64,000 bases of DNA, from positions 1,833 through 65,832 of the forward strand of contig DATBSO010000043.1 of NCBI GenBank assembly GCA_036559745.1. The letters run 5' to 3'. This document shows, piece by piece, positions 9,820-18,884 of the stretch. Each line of letters opens with the position of its first letter. The stretch's first letter is position 1. The DNA comes from Gemmatimonadales bacterium. Lineage in GTDB: Bacteria > Gemmatimonadota > Gemmatimonadetes > Gemmatimonadales > GWC2-71-9. The notes beneath the pieces are model-generated. The model searched no databases. It saw only the letters and a list, made by a program, of their open reading frames with translations, and was not told the origin of the DNA. The translations under genes were made by a program, and so were the position numbers.

Positions 9820-10266
9820 ATGTCTCCCCGCCGGCCGCTGCTCCTTGCTGTTGCCCTGGTATGCCTGGGAGGCTGCGGCTTTGATCCGGCGGGCGATCAG
9901 CCGATGATAGCTCCGGATGAGTACCGGGCGTGGTGGGACAAGACGCAGGCCTGCTCGGGCCTGTCGGCGGACTTCGACCGGATCGAATGGCTGGTCGTGC
10001 CTGGCCACGGCTTCACCTGCTCCAGTGGTCTGTGTGCCGGCCACTGGGAATCCGATCACCGCATCTACATCGCCGCCGACTGGCTCAAGAACGAGATGGT
10101 CGTGCGACACGAGATGCTCCACGATCTCCTGGGGCGCCCAGGCCATCCCAATCCCCCGTTCGGCAAAGGGTGCCCGCTCACCTGGGAAACCTGGACCAAT
10201 CGCGACACGACCGAGGACAGGCCGGCGGCTGACATAGTCCCCGAGCCGTACGTCACCATCGATTAG
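9820..10266 (+). CDS. small lipoprotein with HExxH motif (hypothetical)
   Basis: Lipobox LVCLGGC and an HEMLH motif; third-codon positions are G/C-rich. The overlapping 9658..10344 minus ORF looks like a mirror frame. Confidence 0.55.
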   Translation: MSPRRPLLLAVALVCLGGCGFDPAGDQPMIAPDEYRAWWDKTQACSGLSADFDRIEWLVVPGHGFTCSSGLCAGHWESDHRIYIAADWLKNEMVVRHEMLHDLLGRPGHPNPPFGKGCPLTWETWTNRDTTEDRPAADIVPEPYVTID

Positions 10267-10362
10267 CACGCGACCTCGTCGCTCCGCTCGAATCCTCTCG
10301 CCTCTCTGATCCGTCCATATCGCGTCCCTGTTAGCTTGGGTCACCTCGACCGGAGCTCATCG

Positions 10363-11658
10363 ATGCGTTCGTTGCCGCGTCTCGCCCTCGTGCTGGCGCT
10401 CGCCGCGTGCCACCCGTCCACTCCGCCGGCGCCGGATCCTTCCGCGCTCGACCCGATCGCCCGGCGATATGTGGCGCTGGTCCTGGCGCTGGGCGCGCAC
10501 GACGCCAACTATGTGGACGCCTACTACGGCCCCGACTCGATCCGCCCGCGGGCGCTGTCCGAGTCGCTGAGCGTGGCGCAGATCCGCGGGTCGGCCGACT
10601 CGTTGATCATGCTCCTGGGCGACCGTACTCCGGCGTACGCCGATTCCCTCGTTCGTTACCGGCATGCGTATCTCCGGACACAGCTCGGCGCGATGTCCGC
10701 TCGCGCCCGCATGCTCGGCCGCGAGCGGTTGTCGTTCGATCAGGAGGCGCAGGCGCTCTACGATGTAACGCCGCCCCACTTTTCCGACGCCCACTTCGAC
10801 TCGTTGCTCGCCCGGCTGGATTCGCTCGTCCCCGGGAAGGGTCCGCTGTCGCGACGCTTCCAGCGGTTTCGCGACCGGCTGATGATTCCCTCGGGCAAGG
10901 TGGACACGGTATTCCGTACCGCCATCGCCGCATGCCGGGCGCGCACCCTGGCCCACATACCCTTGCCGCAGGGGGAGCGCTTCGATCTGGAGTATGTGAA
11001 AGGCACGTCCTGGAATGCCTACAACTGGTACAAGGGGAGATTTCGAAGTCTCATCCAGGTGAATCTCGACTTCCCGATTCCCGTGGATCGCGCGGTCGAT
11101 CTGGCTTGTCACGAAGGGTATCCAGGACACCACGTCTACAATGCCAGCCTCGAAGAGTCGCTGGTCAAGGGACGGGGATGGCTCGAGTACTCGGTGTACC
11201 CGTTGTTCAGCCCGCAGTCGCTGATCGCCGAGGGGAGCGCCAACTTCGGGATCGACATGGCCTTCCCCGCTGCCGAACGCACGGCGTACGAGCGAGACTC
11301 GCTGTTCCCGCTCGCGGGACTGGACACTTCATTGGCCGTGCGGAACGGGCAGGTTCGTGAGGTCGTCGAGCGGCTCAACTACGCACGGAACGAAGTGGCG
11401 CGACGATATCTCGACGGAGTCACGGACTCGACCGCGGCGCGGGCGGCGATGGCGCGGTACTGGCTCATCACGCCTGAGGCCGCGGCCAAGACGCTGCGGT
11501 TCATCGACACCTATCGGAGTTACGTCATCAACTACAATCTCGGCCGCGACATGGTGGCCGACTGGGTGTCACGGGTGGGAGGGCAGTCGCCCGACGGGCG
11601 GTGGCGGGTATTCGGCGAGCTGCTGAGCTCACCGCGGCTGCCGCGAGACCTGCAATAG
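10363..11658 (+). CDS. lipoprotein, putative metallopeptidase-like (HEGYPGHH motif, DUF885-like)
   Basis: Lipobox LALAAC and the motif ACHEGYPGHHVYN. The family assignment is from memory of the DUF885 HE..PGHH signature and is tentative. Confidence 0.55.
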   Translation: MRSLPRLALVLALAACHPSTPPAPDPSALDPIARRYVALVLALGAHDANYVDAYYGPDSIRPRALSESLSVAQIRGSADSLIMLLGDRTPAYADSLVRYRHAYLRTQLGAMSARARMLGRERLSFDQEAQALYDVTPPHFSDAHFDSLLARLDSLVPGKGPLSRRFQRFRDRLMIPSGKVDTVFRTAIAACRARTLAHIPLPQGERFDLEYVKGTSWNAYNWYKGRFRSLIQVNLDFPIPVDRAVDLACHEGYPGHHVYNASLEESLVKGRGWLEYSVYPLFSPQSLIAEGSANFGIDMAFPAAERTAYERDSLFPLAGLDTSLAVRNGQVREVVERLNYARNEVARRYLDGVTDSTAARAAMARYWLITPEAAAKTLRFIDTYRSYVINYNLGRDMVADWVSRVGGQSPDGRWRVFGELLSSPRLPRDLQ

Positions 11659-11674
11659 CAGGCGGCCGACGCCG

Positions 11675-13153
11675 CTAATGAGTGGCGGCGCCCAAGGGGT
11701 CTGGGCCGGCCAGCTGTTCGGGCTTGAGATTGAGGACGAGCTTGGCCTGCCCCGACGCAATCACCCGGAGTAGAAGTGCGTCGGGTGCGGCCCGGACCGT
11801 GAGGCCGCGGCCAGACGTGATGTCGGTCACGAGGTGCACACCGTCGGCGAGGTCGCGATTGAGGCTCTTCTCCAGGATGTCCTGACCATCGGCGATGACA
11901 TCACCGAGCTTGATGCGCACCGTGTTTCGCAGGTAATCCTCGACCGTTCCGCTCGCGAGCCACGCGAGGGCGCCGGTCAGGAGGTCCCGGGTTCCCACAT
12001 CGTACTCGAGATCCGGCATCGACAGCTCGGCGGTCGCGGTGTCGAATGCCGGATGCCCCACCACATAGAGCACGCCTTTCGCCGCGCCGTGTACCGCCAG
12101 TCCTACCGCGGCCCTCCCGTCCCCCACGCCGAGAACGTGCAGGCTGTCGATGATCAGCTTCTGCTTGGCCACGTGAATGGTGTCACCGCGCAGCTCCCGG
12201 CTCAGAATGGTGCTGGCCACCTCGTATGGCAGGCGGCCCTCGGTGAGGAGATGGAGCACGGGCGGCCGCGACGACGAATCCTGCGGCGGGGGCAGCGCCT
12301 CTCGCCCCGGCTCGGGCCGCGTGCCTCCGGTGACGCGGGGACGTCCGGACAGCCCGAGGGAGGTGACCAGCGTGTCGCCACGCATCTCGAGGAGCCCGAC
12401 CCGTACCGCCATGGGATGCATGACCAGCCAGAGGCTGTCGGTGAGCTTCTGGGGTGATTGGAGGATCTTCCAGATGCGCCGGGACTCTGCCGGCAGGTCG
12501 AAGGCCGCGAGTCGCGCGTCGAACACGGTGAGCTTCTCTTGGAGCGCCTCTCTCGCCGCGGTCATGACCTTTTTCGTCACGTCCACCGAGAGCATGGTGA
12601 CCTTGCACTTGTCGCGCTCGGTCCCGGTGATAGGTCGCGCGTCCGCTCGCGTGTGGGGCCGGAGCGTCCACGAGTCGGTCAGCTCCACATCGCTCTCGAT
12701 CGTGAGCCGTGCGCGCGGGCGCGCCTCATCGGTCCCGCAGGAGGCGCTCACCTTGGGCAGGACGGGAGGGTCGTACCAGGCTTTCGCGGCGTACTCGATA
12801 TCGGCCTGAAGAACGGCGCGACGGCCTTCGATGGTCAGACGGAACGGTGTGCGGACCGCGGCGAAGGCGTACTCCAGCCGCTTCTTGTCGCGCACCGGTC
12901 GCCGCTCCTCGAGGTCGCCGAAACGCCGCGGCACTTCCGACTCGAGCCAGCGCATCGCGCGCGCCAGGTCATAGCGCACCGGCACGTCGAGGTAAGACGG
13001 CGGCACCGGTGGCAACGTATCCACCCACGCGGTGGTGGCGCGGGGGACCGGCGGCGCGACGCGGTCGCGCCCGCACCCCGGAGCCAGCCAGACGCATGAG
13101 CTTACGGCGCATGCAAGGGAAAGCGACCGCCACGTCATCTCGGGCCTCGTCAA
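11675..13153 (-). CDS. hypothetical lipoprotein
   Basis: Lipobox WLAPGC near the N-terminus with coherent coding composition. No motif was recognised; possibly DUF4403-like, which I could not verify. Confidence 0.55.
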   Translation of the reverse strand: MTRPEMTWRSLSLACAVSSCVWLAPGCGRDRVAPPVPRATTAWVDTLPPVPPSYLDVPVRYDLARAMRWLESEVPRRFGDLEERRPVRDKKRLEYAFAAVRTPFRLTIEGRRAVLQADIEYAAKAWYDPPVLPKVSASCGTDEARPRARLTIESDVELTDSWTLRPHTRADARPITGTERDKCKVTMLSVDVTKKVMTAAREALQEKLTVFDARLAAFDLPAESRRIWKILQSPQKLTDSLWLVMHPMAVRVGLLEMRGDTLVTSLGLSGRPRVTGGTRPEPGREALPPPQDSSSRPPVLHLLTEGRLPYEVASTILSRELRGDTIHVAKQKLIIDSLHVLGVGDGRAAVGLAVHGAAKGVLYVVGHPAFDTATAELSMPDLEYDVGTRDLLTGALAWLASGTVEDYLRNTVRIKLGDVIADGQDILEKSLNRDLADGVHLVTDITSGRGLTVRAAPDALLLRVIASGQAKLVLNLKPEQLAGPDPLGAATH

Positions 13154-13243
13154 GAATGCCCGAAGGTGCCCCTAGTGCGGTCGTTCTCACCATGACCCCG
13201 GTCACACCGAGCTGTTGACCCTGCCTCTGACCGGGTCTCCCGG

Positions 13244-15685
13244 CTATTCCTCGCGCAGCGCCACCGACGGATCGACCCCCGCGGCGCGCAATGCGGGAAC
13301 GGCACAGCCGGCCAGTGCCACCACCACCATGAGGAGAGATACGGTGAGGAAGACCCGGGCGTCGGTGGGGCCGATCTCGTAGAGTAGGCTCGAGAGAAAC
13401 CGGGTGAGCACGAGTGCGCCGGCAACCCCGATGGCGACGCCCGCGCCGACCACCCGCATGCCCTGGCCCACTACCATCCGCGACACCATCCCGGGTGCGC
13501 CGCCGATCGCGATCCGGATGCCGATCTCCTTCACGTGCTGCTCCACGAAGTAGGCCATGACGCCGTAGATACCGATCGTGGAGAGCAGCAGCGCCACGAC
13601 GGCGAAGGCGCCGACGAGCAGCGAGAGATAGCGGGGCATCTCCAGCGAATTGTCCATCAGCTCGTCGACCGTGGCGACCTGAAAGAGCGGAAGGCCGGGG
13701 TCGAGATCACGGACGACTCGGCGGATGGACGGAATCGTCGCGTTGGGGTCACCACTGGTCCGGAGCACGACGTAGCGGAACCGCGAAGAGATCCGGTCGA
13801 AGGCGACGTCGCTTGGCCGCCCCGCCATCGGCCAGTACACCGTCCCCTGGTTGGGCTGGTCGAGGCCGCCGTACTTCACGTCGCTTACGACGCCGATGAT
13901 CGTGGTAACAGGGCAGTCCATGCATCCGCCTTCGTGGAGCCTCCGGCCCACGGGATCACGACCCGGGAAGAACCGGTTGGCCCACGATCGATCCACGATG
14001 ACGACGGGATCCCCTTCGCCGTCATGCCGGTCGAACACCCTTCCCCGCATGGCCGAGATACCCATCAGGCCGAAGTACTCGGGTGTCACCGAAACCCAGA
14101 TCGAGGTCGGTTGTGATTTGCCGGGTAGTGTCGGGTCGTCCTCGAGGTCGAAGTTGTTCACGTTCTGCGCGTCCGCGGGCGGCCGCGAATCGGTGAAGGC
14201 GACCGCCTGAACGCCGGGAACGGCCTCCGCTTTCGCCTTCAACTCGTCCCAGAACCGGGCGATCCGGCTCGAATCCGGGTATTGCTCGCGAGGTAGCTGG
14301 ATCGCGCCGGTGAGCACATTGTGGCGATCGATTCCGACCTCGACGCGCTGCAGGCGGACGAGACTCACGAGCAGCAATCCCGCCGCGGCCAGCAACGGCG
14401 TGGCCACCGCGAACTCGAGAACGACCAGCGCACGCCGCATCAGCCGCGGGCCCACCGCATCGGTCGAGCGTCCCGAGGACATGCCCTGGGTCGATGTCGT
14501 GCCGTGCAGCGATGGAACTAGTCCGAAGAGGAGCGCCGCGCCCGCCGTCGTGGCCGCGAGAAAGAGGAGGACGGGACCGGTAAAGCCGATCTCGGCGCTG
14601 CGGGGAATGAATTGGGCGCCTGCCGTGCGGAGCAGGTCGATGCCCGCCACGGCCACACCCAGTCCCACCATCGCGCCACCCACGGCGAGCAGTGCGCTCT
14701 CGGAGAGCAGGTGCTGGACCAGGCGTCCCCGCGAAGCGCCGAGCGCGCTGCGCACAGCCAGCTCTCGGCGGCGGCGGGTGATTCGAGCCACCAGGAGGTT
14801 TGCGGCGTTGGCGGACGCGATGAGGAGGACGAACGCGACCGCGCCCAGGACCATCGTGAGCGTCGGTCCGACGTCCCGGAGCACGAAGGCTTTGAGATCC
14901 ATCGCTGACCACGTCGCCTTGGTGTCCTGATACGACGACTGCCAGAGCGGGAAGATCGCCCGGTTGATGGCGCGCAGCTCTTCCGTCGCCAGCGCCCTGG
15001 AGGTGTGCTTGCGCAGCCGTCCGAGGGCGACGATGAGGAATGGGCCTCGCCGCGGAGGTGTGTCCCACTGCGCCGCGGTAAAGACCTCGCTCCGCGTCTC
15101 GAGCGGCCCGACGGCGCGGGGCAGCACGCCGACGATGGTGTAATCGAGCCCGTCGAGGCTGATGGTCTTTCCAATAGCCTCGGTATCGCCGCCGAGATGG
15201 CGCTGGGCGAACCCCTCGGTGACGACGACGCTACGCGGCCCCCCGGGAACCCCGTCACCCTGTACGAACGTCCGGCCACGGAGTGGCGTGATGCCGAGGA
15301 GCGAGAAGTATCCCCATGACACGATCCGCGCGTTGATCCGTTCGGCCACGTCGCCCTGGGTGAATGCCATGGTCGCGATGGTGTATCCGGCAACGCGGTC
15401 AAACTTCGTCTGCTGGCGCTCGAGGGCGAGATAGTCCGCAACCGAGAAGTGGAACCGGTTGGGCGGCGCGTCGGTGTAGATCCGTACCAGCCGCTCCGGA
15501 TCGGCATAGGGCAGTGGCTCGATCAGGACGGCATGGATCACGGCGAACATGGCGGTGGTGGCGCCGAGACCCAAGCCGACGGTGAGCACGATGGTCGAGG
15601 TGAGAATCGGCGTGCGTACCAGCGCGCGAAGGCTCTGCCTGACGTCGAGGAGCAGGGCGTCCATGGTCGGTCTTCTCTTCGTCAT
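13244..15685 (-). CDS. ADOP-type duplicated MacB/FtsX-like ABC transporter permease (orphan, no adjacent ATPase)
   Basis: N-terminus MTKRRPTMDALLLDVRQSLRALVRTPILTSTIVLTVGLGLGATTAMFAVIHAVLIEPLPYADPERLVRIY is typical of the Acidobacterial duplicated orphan permease family. There are two MacB-periplasmic/FtsX modules. The 250-aa upstream extension in the track ORF overlaps the divergent radical SAM gene and was rejected. Confidence 0.85.
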   Translation of the reverse strand: MTKRRPTMDALLLDVRQSLRALVRTPILTSTIVLTVGLGLGATTAMFAVIHAVLIEPLPYADPERLVRIYTDAPPNRFHFSVADYLALERQQTKFDRVAGYTIATMAFTQGDVAERINARIVSWGYFSLLGITPLRGRTFVQGDGVPGGPRSVVVTEGFAQRHLGGDTEAIGKTISLDGLDYTIVGVLPRAVGPLETRSEVFTAAQWDTPPRRGPFLIVALGRLRKHTSRALATEELRAINRAIFPLWQSSYQDTKATWSAMDLKAFVLRDVGPTLTMVLGAVAFVLLIASANAANLLVARITRRRRELAVRSALGASRGRLVQHLLSESALLAVGGAMVGLGVAVAGIDLLRTAGAQFIPRSAEIGFTGPVLLFLAATTAGAALLFGLVPSLHGTTSTQGMSSGRSTDAVGPRLMRRALVVLEFAVATPLLAAAGLLLVSLVRLQRVEVGIDRHNVLTGAIQLPREQYPDSSRIARFWDELKAKAEAVPGVQAVAFTDSRPPADAQNVNNFDLEDDPTLPGKSQPTSIWVSVTPEYFGLMGISAMRGRVFDRHDGEGDPVVIVDRSWANRFFPGRDPVGRRLHEGGCMDCPVTTIIGVVSDVKYGGLDQPNQGTVYWPMAGRPSDVAFDRISSRFRYVVLRTSGDPNATIPSIRRVVRDLDPGLPLFQVATVDELMDNSLEMPRYLSLLVGAFAVVALLLSTIGIYGVMAYFVEQHVKEIGIRIAIGGAPGMVSRMVVGQGMRVVGAGVAIGVAGALVLTRFLSSLLYEIGPTDARVFLTVSLLMVVVALAGCAVPALRAAGVDPSVALREE

Positions 15686-15745
15686 CGGAGTGGCGGGCCC
15701 TGGGACCGGGAGCGTGGGAGTGTGACAACGCGAGCGACGAAAGCG

Positions 15746-15774
15746 TTGACTTTCGGTATCTGTTCGGGTATGGT
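15746..15774 (+). promoter_or_regulatory. sigma70-like promoter TTGACT-17 nt-TATGGT
   Basis: Read directly; the -10 element ends 25 nt upstream of the radical SAM start at 15800. Confidence 0.4.
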
Positions 15775-15799
15775 GTGAACGCACCCGCCGGAGGTCGAA

Positions 15800-17059
15800 A
15801 TGCGGTCTGACGGAGAGCTCGAGCACAAACTCGCCACGCTGATGTCGCTTGCCACCGACGATCGGGAGGGCTTGCCGCCACGCCTGCGCCATGCTGGCGC
15901 CGCCGGATCGCTCCGGCCGCTCAACATCCGGTACCTGCGGCCGGCACCTGGAACCCGGATGGCGCTCCTCCGGGTTCTGATGACCAACGCCTGCAGCTAC
16001 AACTGCCACTACTGCCCCATGCGGCGGGATCGCTCGATGCCCCGGACCCTCCTCAAACCCGAGGAGCTGGTGCGGATATTTCTCGGCGCCCACCGGCGCG
16101 GGTGGTGTCAGGGACTCTTCGTCACCACCGGAATTCCAGCGCGCCCGGTCAAGGTCGTGGACGATCTCATCACGGCGCTCGAGCTGCTCCGCGAGCGCCA
16201 TCGATTCACGGGCTACATCCACGTGAAGCTCGTGGCCGGAGCAGAAACGGCGCAGATCGAGCGGCTCACCCAGCTCGCCAGCCGGGTCTCGCTGAACGTC
16301 GAAGCCCCATGTGGCGCGAGCCTGTCGGCTATCGCACCGGAAAAGAGCTTCGCGGTCACCACCGGCGATCTCGAGCAGGTGCGCAACCTGGTGATGGCGG
16401 AGCGCACGGAGCAGGCGTCGGGAAAGCCCCACGATCCGTTGCATCCCGGCGGCCGCTCGGGCATGACGGTGCAGTTCGTCGTCGGCGCCACGCCCGATTC
16501 AGACAAGACCATTCTCGATACATCGGTGCGACTTTCCACGGGCGGCGGCGTCCATCACACGCATTTCAGCGCCTTCCGCCCCATTCGCGACACGCCCATG
16601 GAACAGGTCCCCGCCACCCCGGCCCTGCGGGAGCACCGGTTGTATCAGGCGGACTATCTGCTTCGCAGCTACGGGTTCTCCGCCGATGAGGTCGTGTACG
16701 AATCCAACGGCAACCTGCCCTTGCGGCTCGATCCCAAGAGCGCGTGGGCATTGGCACACCCGGAGCGCTTTCCGATCGAGGTGGGCTCGGCTTCCTATGA
16801 AGAGCTGGTGCGGGTGCCCGGCATCGGTCCCACTGCGGCCACACGCATCGTGGAGCAGCGCGCCACCACGCGATTCGGCGGTCTTCCCGATCTGCGGCGA
16901 CTCGGTGTCGTCACAACTCGGGCCGGCGGTTTTCTCACGCTTCGTGGCCGGCGGCTTCAAACGGAGCGGTGGACCGAGCAGCTCGGCTTCTGGGCGCCGG
17001 AAGAAGATGTCGGCGTGCATCATATGATCTACGAAGTGAGTCCCGGCACGTTCCGATGA
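15800..17059 (+). CDS. putative DNA modification/repair radical SAM protein (TIGR03916-like) with C-terminal helix-hairpin-helix
   Basis: CX3CX2C cluster motif in LMTNACSYNCHYCPMR. The C-terminal motif is YEELVRVPGIGPTAATRIV (HhH). Overall length is about 420 aa. Confidence 0.75.
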   Translation: MRSDGELEHKLATLMSLATDDREGLPPRLRHAGAAGSLRPLNIRYLRPAPGTRMALLRVLMTNACSYNCHYCPMRRDRSMPRTLLKPEELVRIFLGAHRRGWCQGLFVTTGIPARPVKVVDDLITALELLRERHRFTGYIHVKLVAGAETAQIERLTQLASRVSLNVEAPCGASLSAIAPEKSFAVTTGDLEQVRNLVMAERTEQASGKPHDPLHPGGRSGMTVQFVVGATPDSDKTILDTSVRLSTGGGVHHTHFSAFRPIRDTPMEQVPATPALREHRLYQADYLLRSYGFSADEVVYESNGNLPLRLDPKSAWALAHPERFPIEVGSASYEELVRVPGIGPTAATRIVEQRATTRFGGLPDLRRLGVVTTRAGGFLTLRGRRLQTERWTEQLGFWAPEEDVGVHHMIYEVSPGTFR

Positions 17060-17462
17060 GCGGCCCAATTCCCTTCGCGCCAATTGCTGCTCGCCTCCCA
17101 TCACTCGAATGAGCCGCTGCATCTCCTAGCGCCCGCTCGTCGAAAAGTTACCAATTGACAAGCTGAGCGTTCATTCGCATCGTGGAGGCGTCGCGAGCGG
17201 GTTAGAAGACGAGATGGACGCCGGTCGGCGACCATTCCTTCGCGATCTGCCGGTGCATACCGCAGTCAACCCACCGTACTACAACGCAGACAGCGGCGGT
17301 CGACAACCGCCCAATCTCGACGCGAGCCGGCTCAATGGGCCGAGGCTCGGTTTGTAGGCGTACCCCGAGGCGCGGGCCGGAGGCATTTCCGGTTATCCGC
17401 CCAGCCGGGGCCAGCGGAGCGTCTGTCCGCTCGCGTCTCCCTCTAGCGACAGGAGCCTCCCA

Positions 17463-18884
17463 ATGTCGCGTAAGTGGCTTGTGCTCTCGCTTCTGCTGGC
17501 GATCGCGTGCAGCGACCAAACAGACGTGACGGACCCTGAAGCCCCGCAGGAACCCGCGCCGGCCAATGGAGCGTCGGATCAGGAACTCGATTTCAGCTCG
17601 CGCGGGTTCTTCGGGGCCCACACGGCGCTCTCGGGGGGCGCCACCACCGTCTTCGACGCCACCTTGAACGCGTTCTCGCTTCCCGCCGCCAACCTGTCGG
17701 GCAACGATCTCGCGATCCACGACGTGGGTGACGTGCAATTCGAGGTCGAGTTCGAGCCCGAGAACGGCCTCGGACCCGTGTTCGACAACGTCTCCTGCGA
17801 GGAGTGCCACATCGGAGACGGCCGAGGCACACCTCCGGATGACGGCGTGTCGTTTTCCTCGTTCCTCTTCCGCGGCAGTGTGAACGGTGTCGGCCCGCAC
17901 GGCGGTCCCAATCCGATCCCGGGCTTCGGCGGCCAGATCCAGCTCCGCGCGATTCCCGACTTGAAGCCCGAGGCATACGCGAAGATCACCTATACGGACT
18001 CGACCGGGACGTTCGCCGACGGGTCGAAGTTCACCCTTCGCGTGCCCCACTATGCCCTGACCGGCGGCTACGCCGCACTCCCGGCAGGCATCCTGACTTC
18101 ACCCCGCACAGCGCCGGCGGTGTTCGGCCTCGGGTTGCTCGAGGCGGTGCCCGAGTGGGATATCCGCGCCCTGGCGGATCCGTGGGACCGCAATCGTGAC
18201 GGCGTGTCGGGTCGGGCGAATAATGTGTGGAATGGCATCAAGCAACGCACAGAGCTCGGCCGGTTTGGGTGGAAGGCCAATCAACCGAACCTCCTCCAGC
18301 AGGCCGCTGGTGCGTACAACGGCGACATGGGCATTACCTCCACGATCTTCCCTGCGGAAGCGTGCGAAGGTCAGTATCCCGAGTGCGGCGCCCATGCGCC
18401 GGAGATCGACATCAAACTGGTGCAGGCTGTCGCTTTCTATACCCAGACGCTGGGTGTACCGGCGCGCCGAGCGCTCGACGATCGCCAGGCCCAACAGGGT
18501 GAGCGTCTCTTCTACGCGGCGGGTTGCAACGCCTGTCACGCGCCGACGCTCCGGACCGGCGTGCTGCGGGGCGTCCGGGCGGTCTCCGGCCAGGTGATCC
18601 ACCCCTACACCGACCTGCTGCTCCACGACATGGGGGCTGGTCTGGCCGATGGGCGCAGCGATTTCCTCGCGTCGGGTCGCGAATGGCGGACCCCGCCGCT
18701 CTGGGGCGTGGGACTCATCGAGACCGTCAACTCGCACCCCAATCTTCTGCACGACGGGCGGGCGCGCAGCATGATCGAGGCGGTCATGTGGCATGGCGGC
18801 GAGGCGACGAACGCACGCGAACGGGTGCGCCGCATGCCCGCGACCGACCGGGATGCGCTCGTGGCGTTCCTGAAATCACTGTGA
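17463..18884 (+). CDS. di-haem oxidoreductase / putative peroxidase lipoprotein (DUF1111 family)
   Basis: Lipobox LAIAC and two haem-c motifs, CEECH and CNACH. The segment RFGWKANQPNLLQQAAGAYNGDMGITS is typical of DUF1111. Confidence 0.85.
   Translation: MSRKWLVLSLLLAIACSDQTDVTDPEAPQEPAPANGASDQELDFSSRGFFGAHTALSGGATTVFDATLNAFSLPAANLSGNDLAIHDVGDVQFEVEFEPENGLGPVFDNVSCEECHIGDGRGTPPDDGVSFSSFLFRGSVNGVGPHGGPNPIPGFGGQIQLRAIPDLKPEAYAKITYTDSTGTFADGSKFTLRVPHYALTGGYAALPAGILTSPRTAPAVFGLGLLEAVPEWDIRALADPWDRNRDGVSGRANNVWNGIKQRTELGRFGWKANQPNLLQQAAGAYNGDMGITSTIFPAEACEGQYPECGAHAPEIDIKLVQAVAFYTQTLGVPARRALDDRQAQQGERLFYAAGCNACHAPTLRTGVLRGVRAVSGQVIHPYTDLLLHDMGAGLADGRSDFLASGREWRTPPLWGVGLIETVNSHPNLLHDGRARSMIEAVMWHGGEATNARERVRRMPATDRDALVAFLKSL

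Noticed and set aside
9658-10344. 228-aa minus-strand ORF overlapping the small HExxH lipoprotein gene
   Set aside because: It has no signal or motif and an Arg/Gly-rich mirror-frame composition. The plus-strand frame has a lipobox and a strong third-position GC bias.
13244-16444. 1066-aa version of the permease ORF and 911-aa version of the kinase ORF (4976..7711)
   Set aside because: The N-terminal extensions overlap neighbouring well-supported genes and lack family-typical sequence. Internal starts give the canonical N-termini.
17155-17183. TTGACA-17 nt-CATCGT as a promoter for the di-haem gene
   Set aside because: The -10 hexamer is poor, and the element lies 280 nt upstream of the start codon, so it was not annotated.
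17202-18050. 282-aa minus-strand ORF covering the long gap after the radical SAM gene
   Set aside because: Most of it is antisense to the well-supported di-haem lipoprotein gene. The non-overlapping part (17202-17462) has no motif or start signal.
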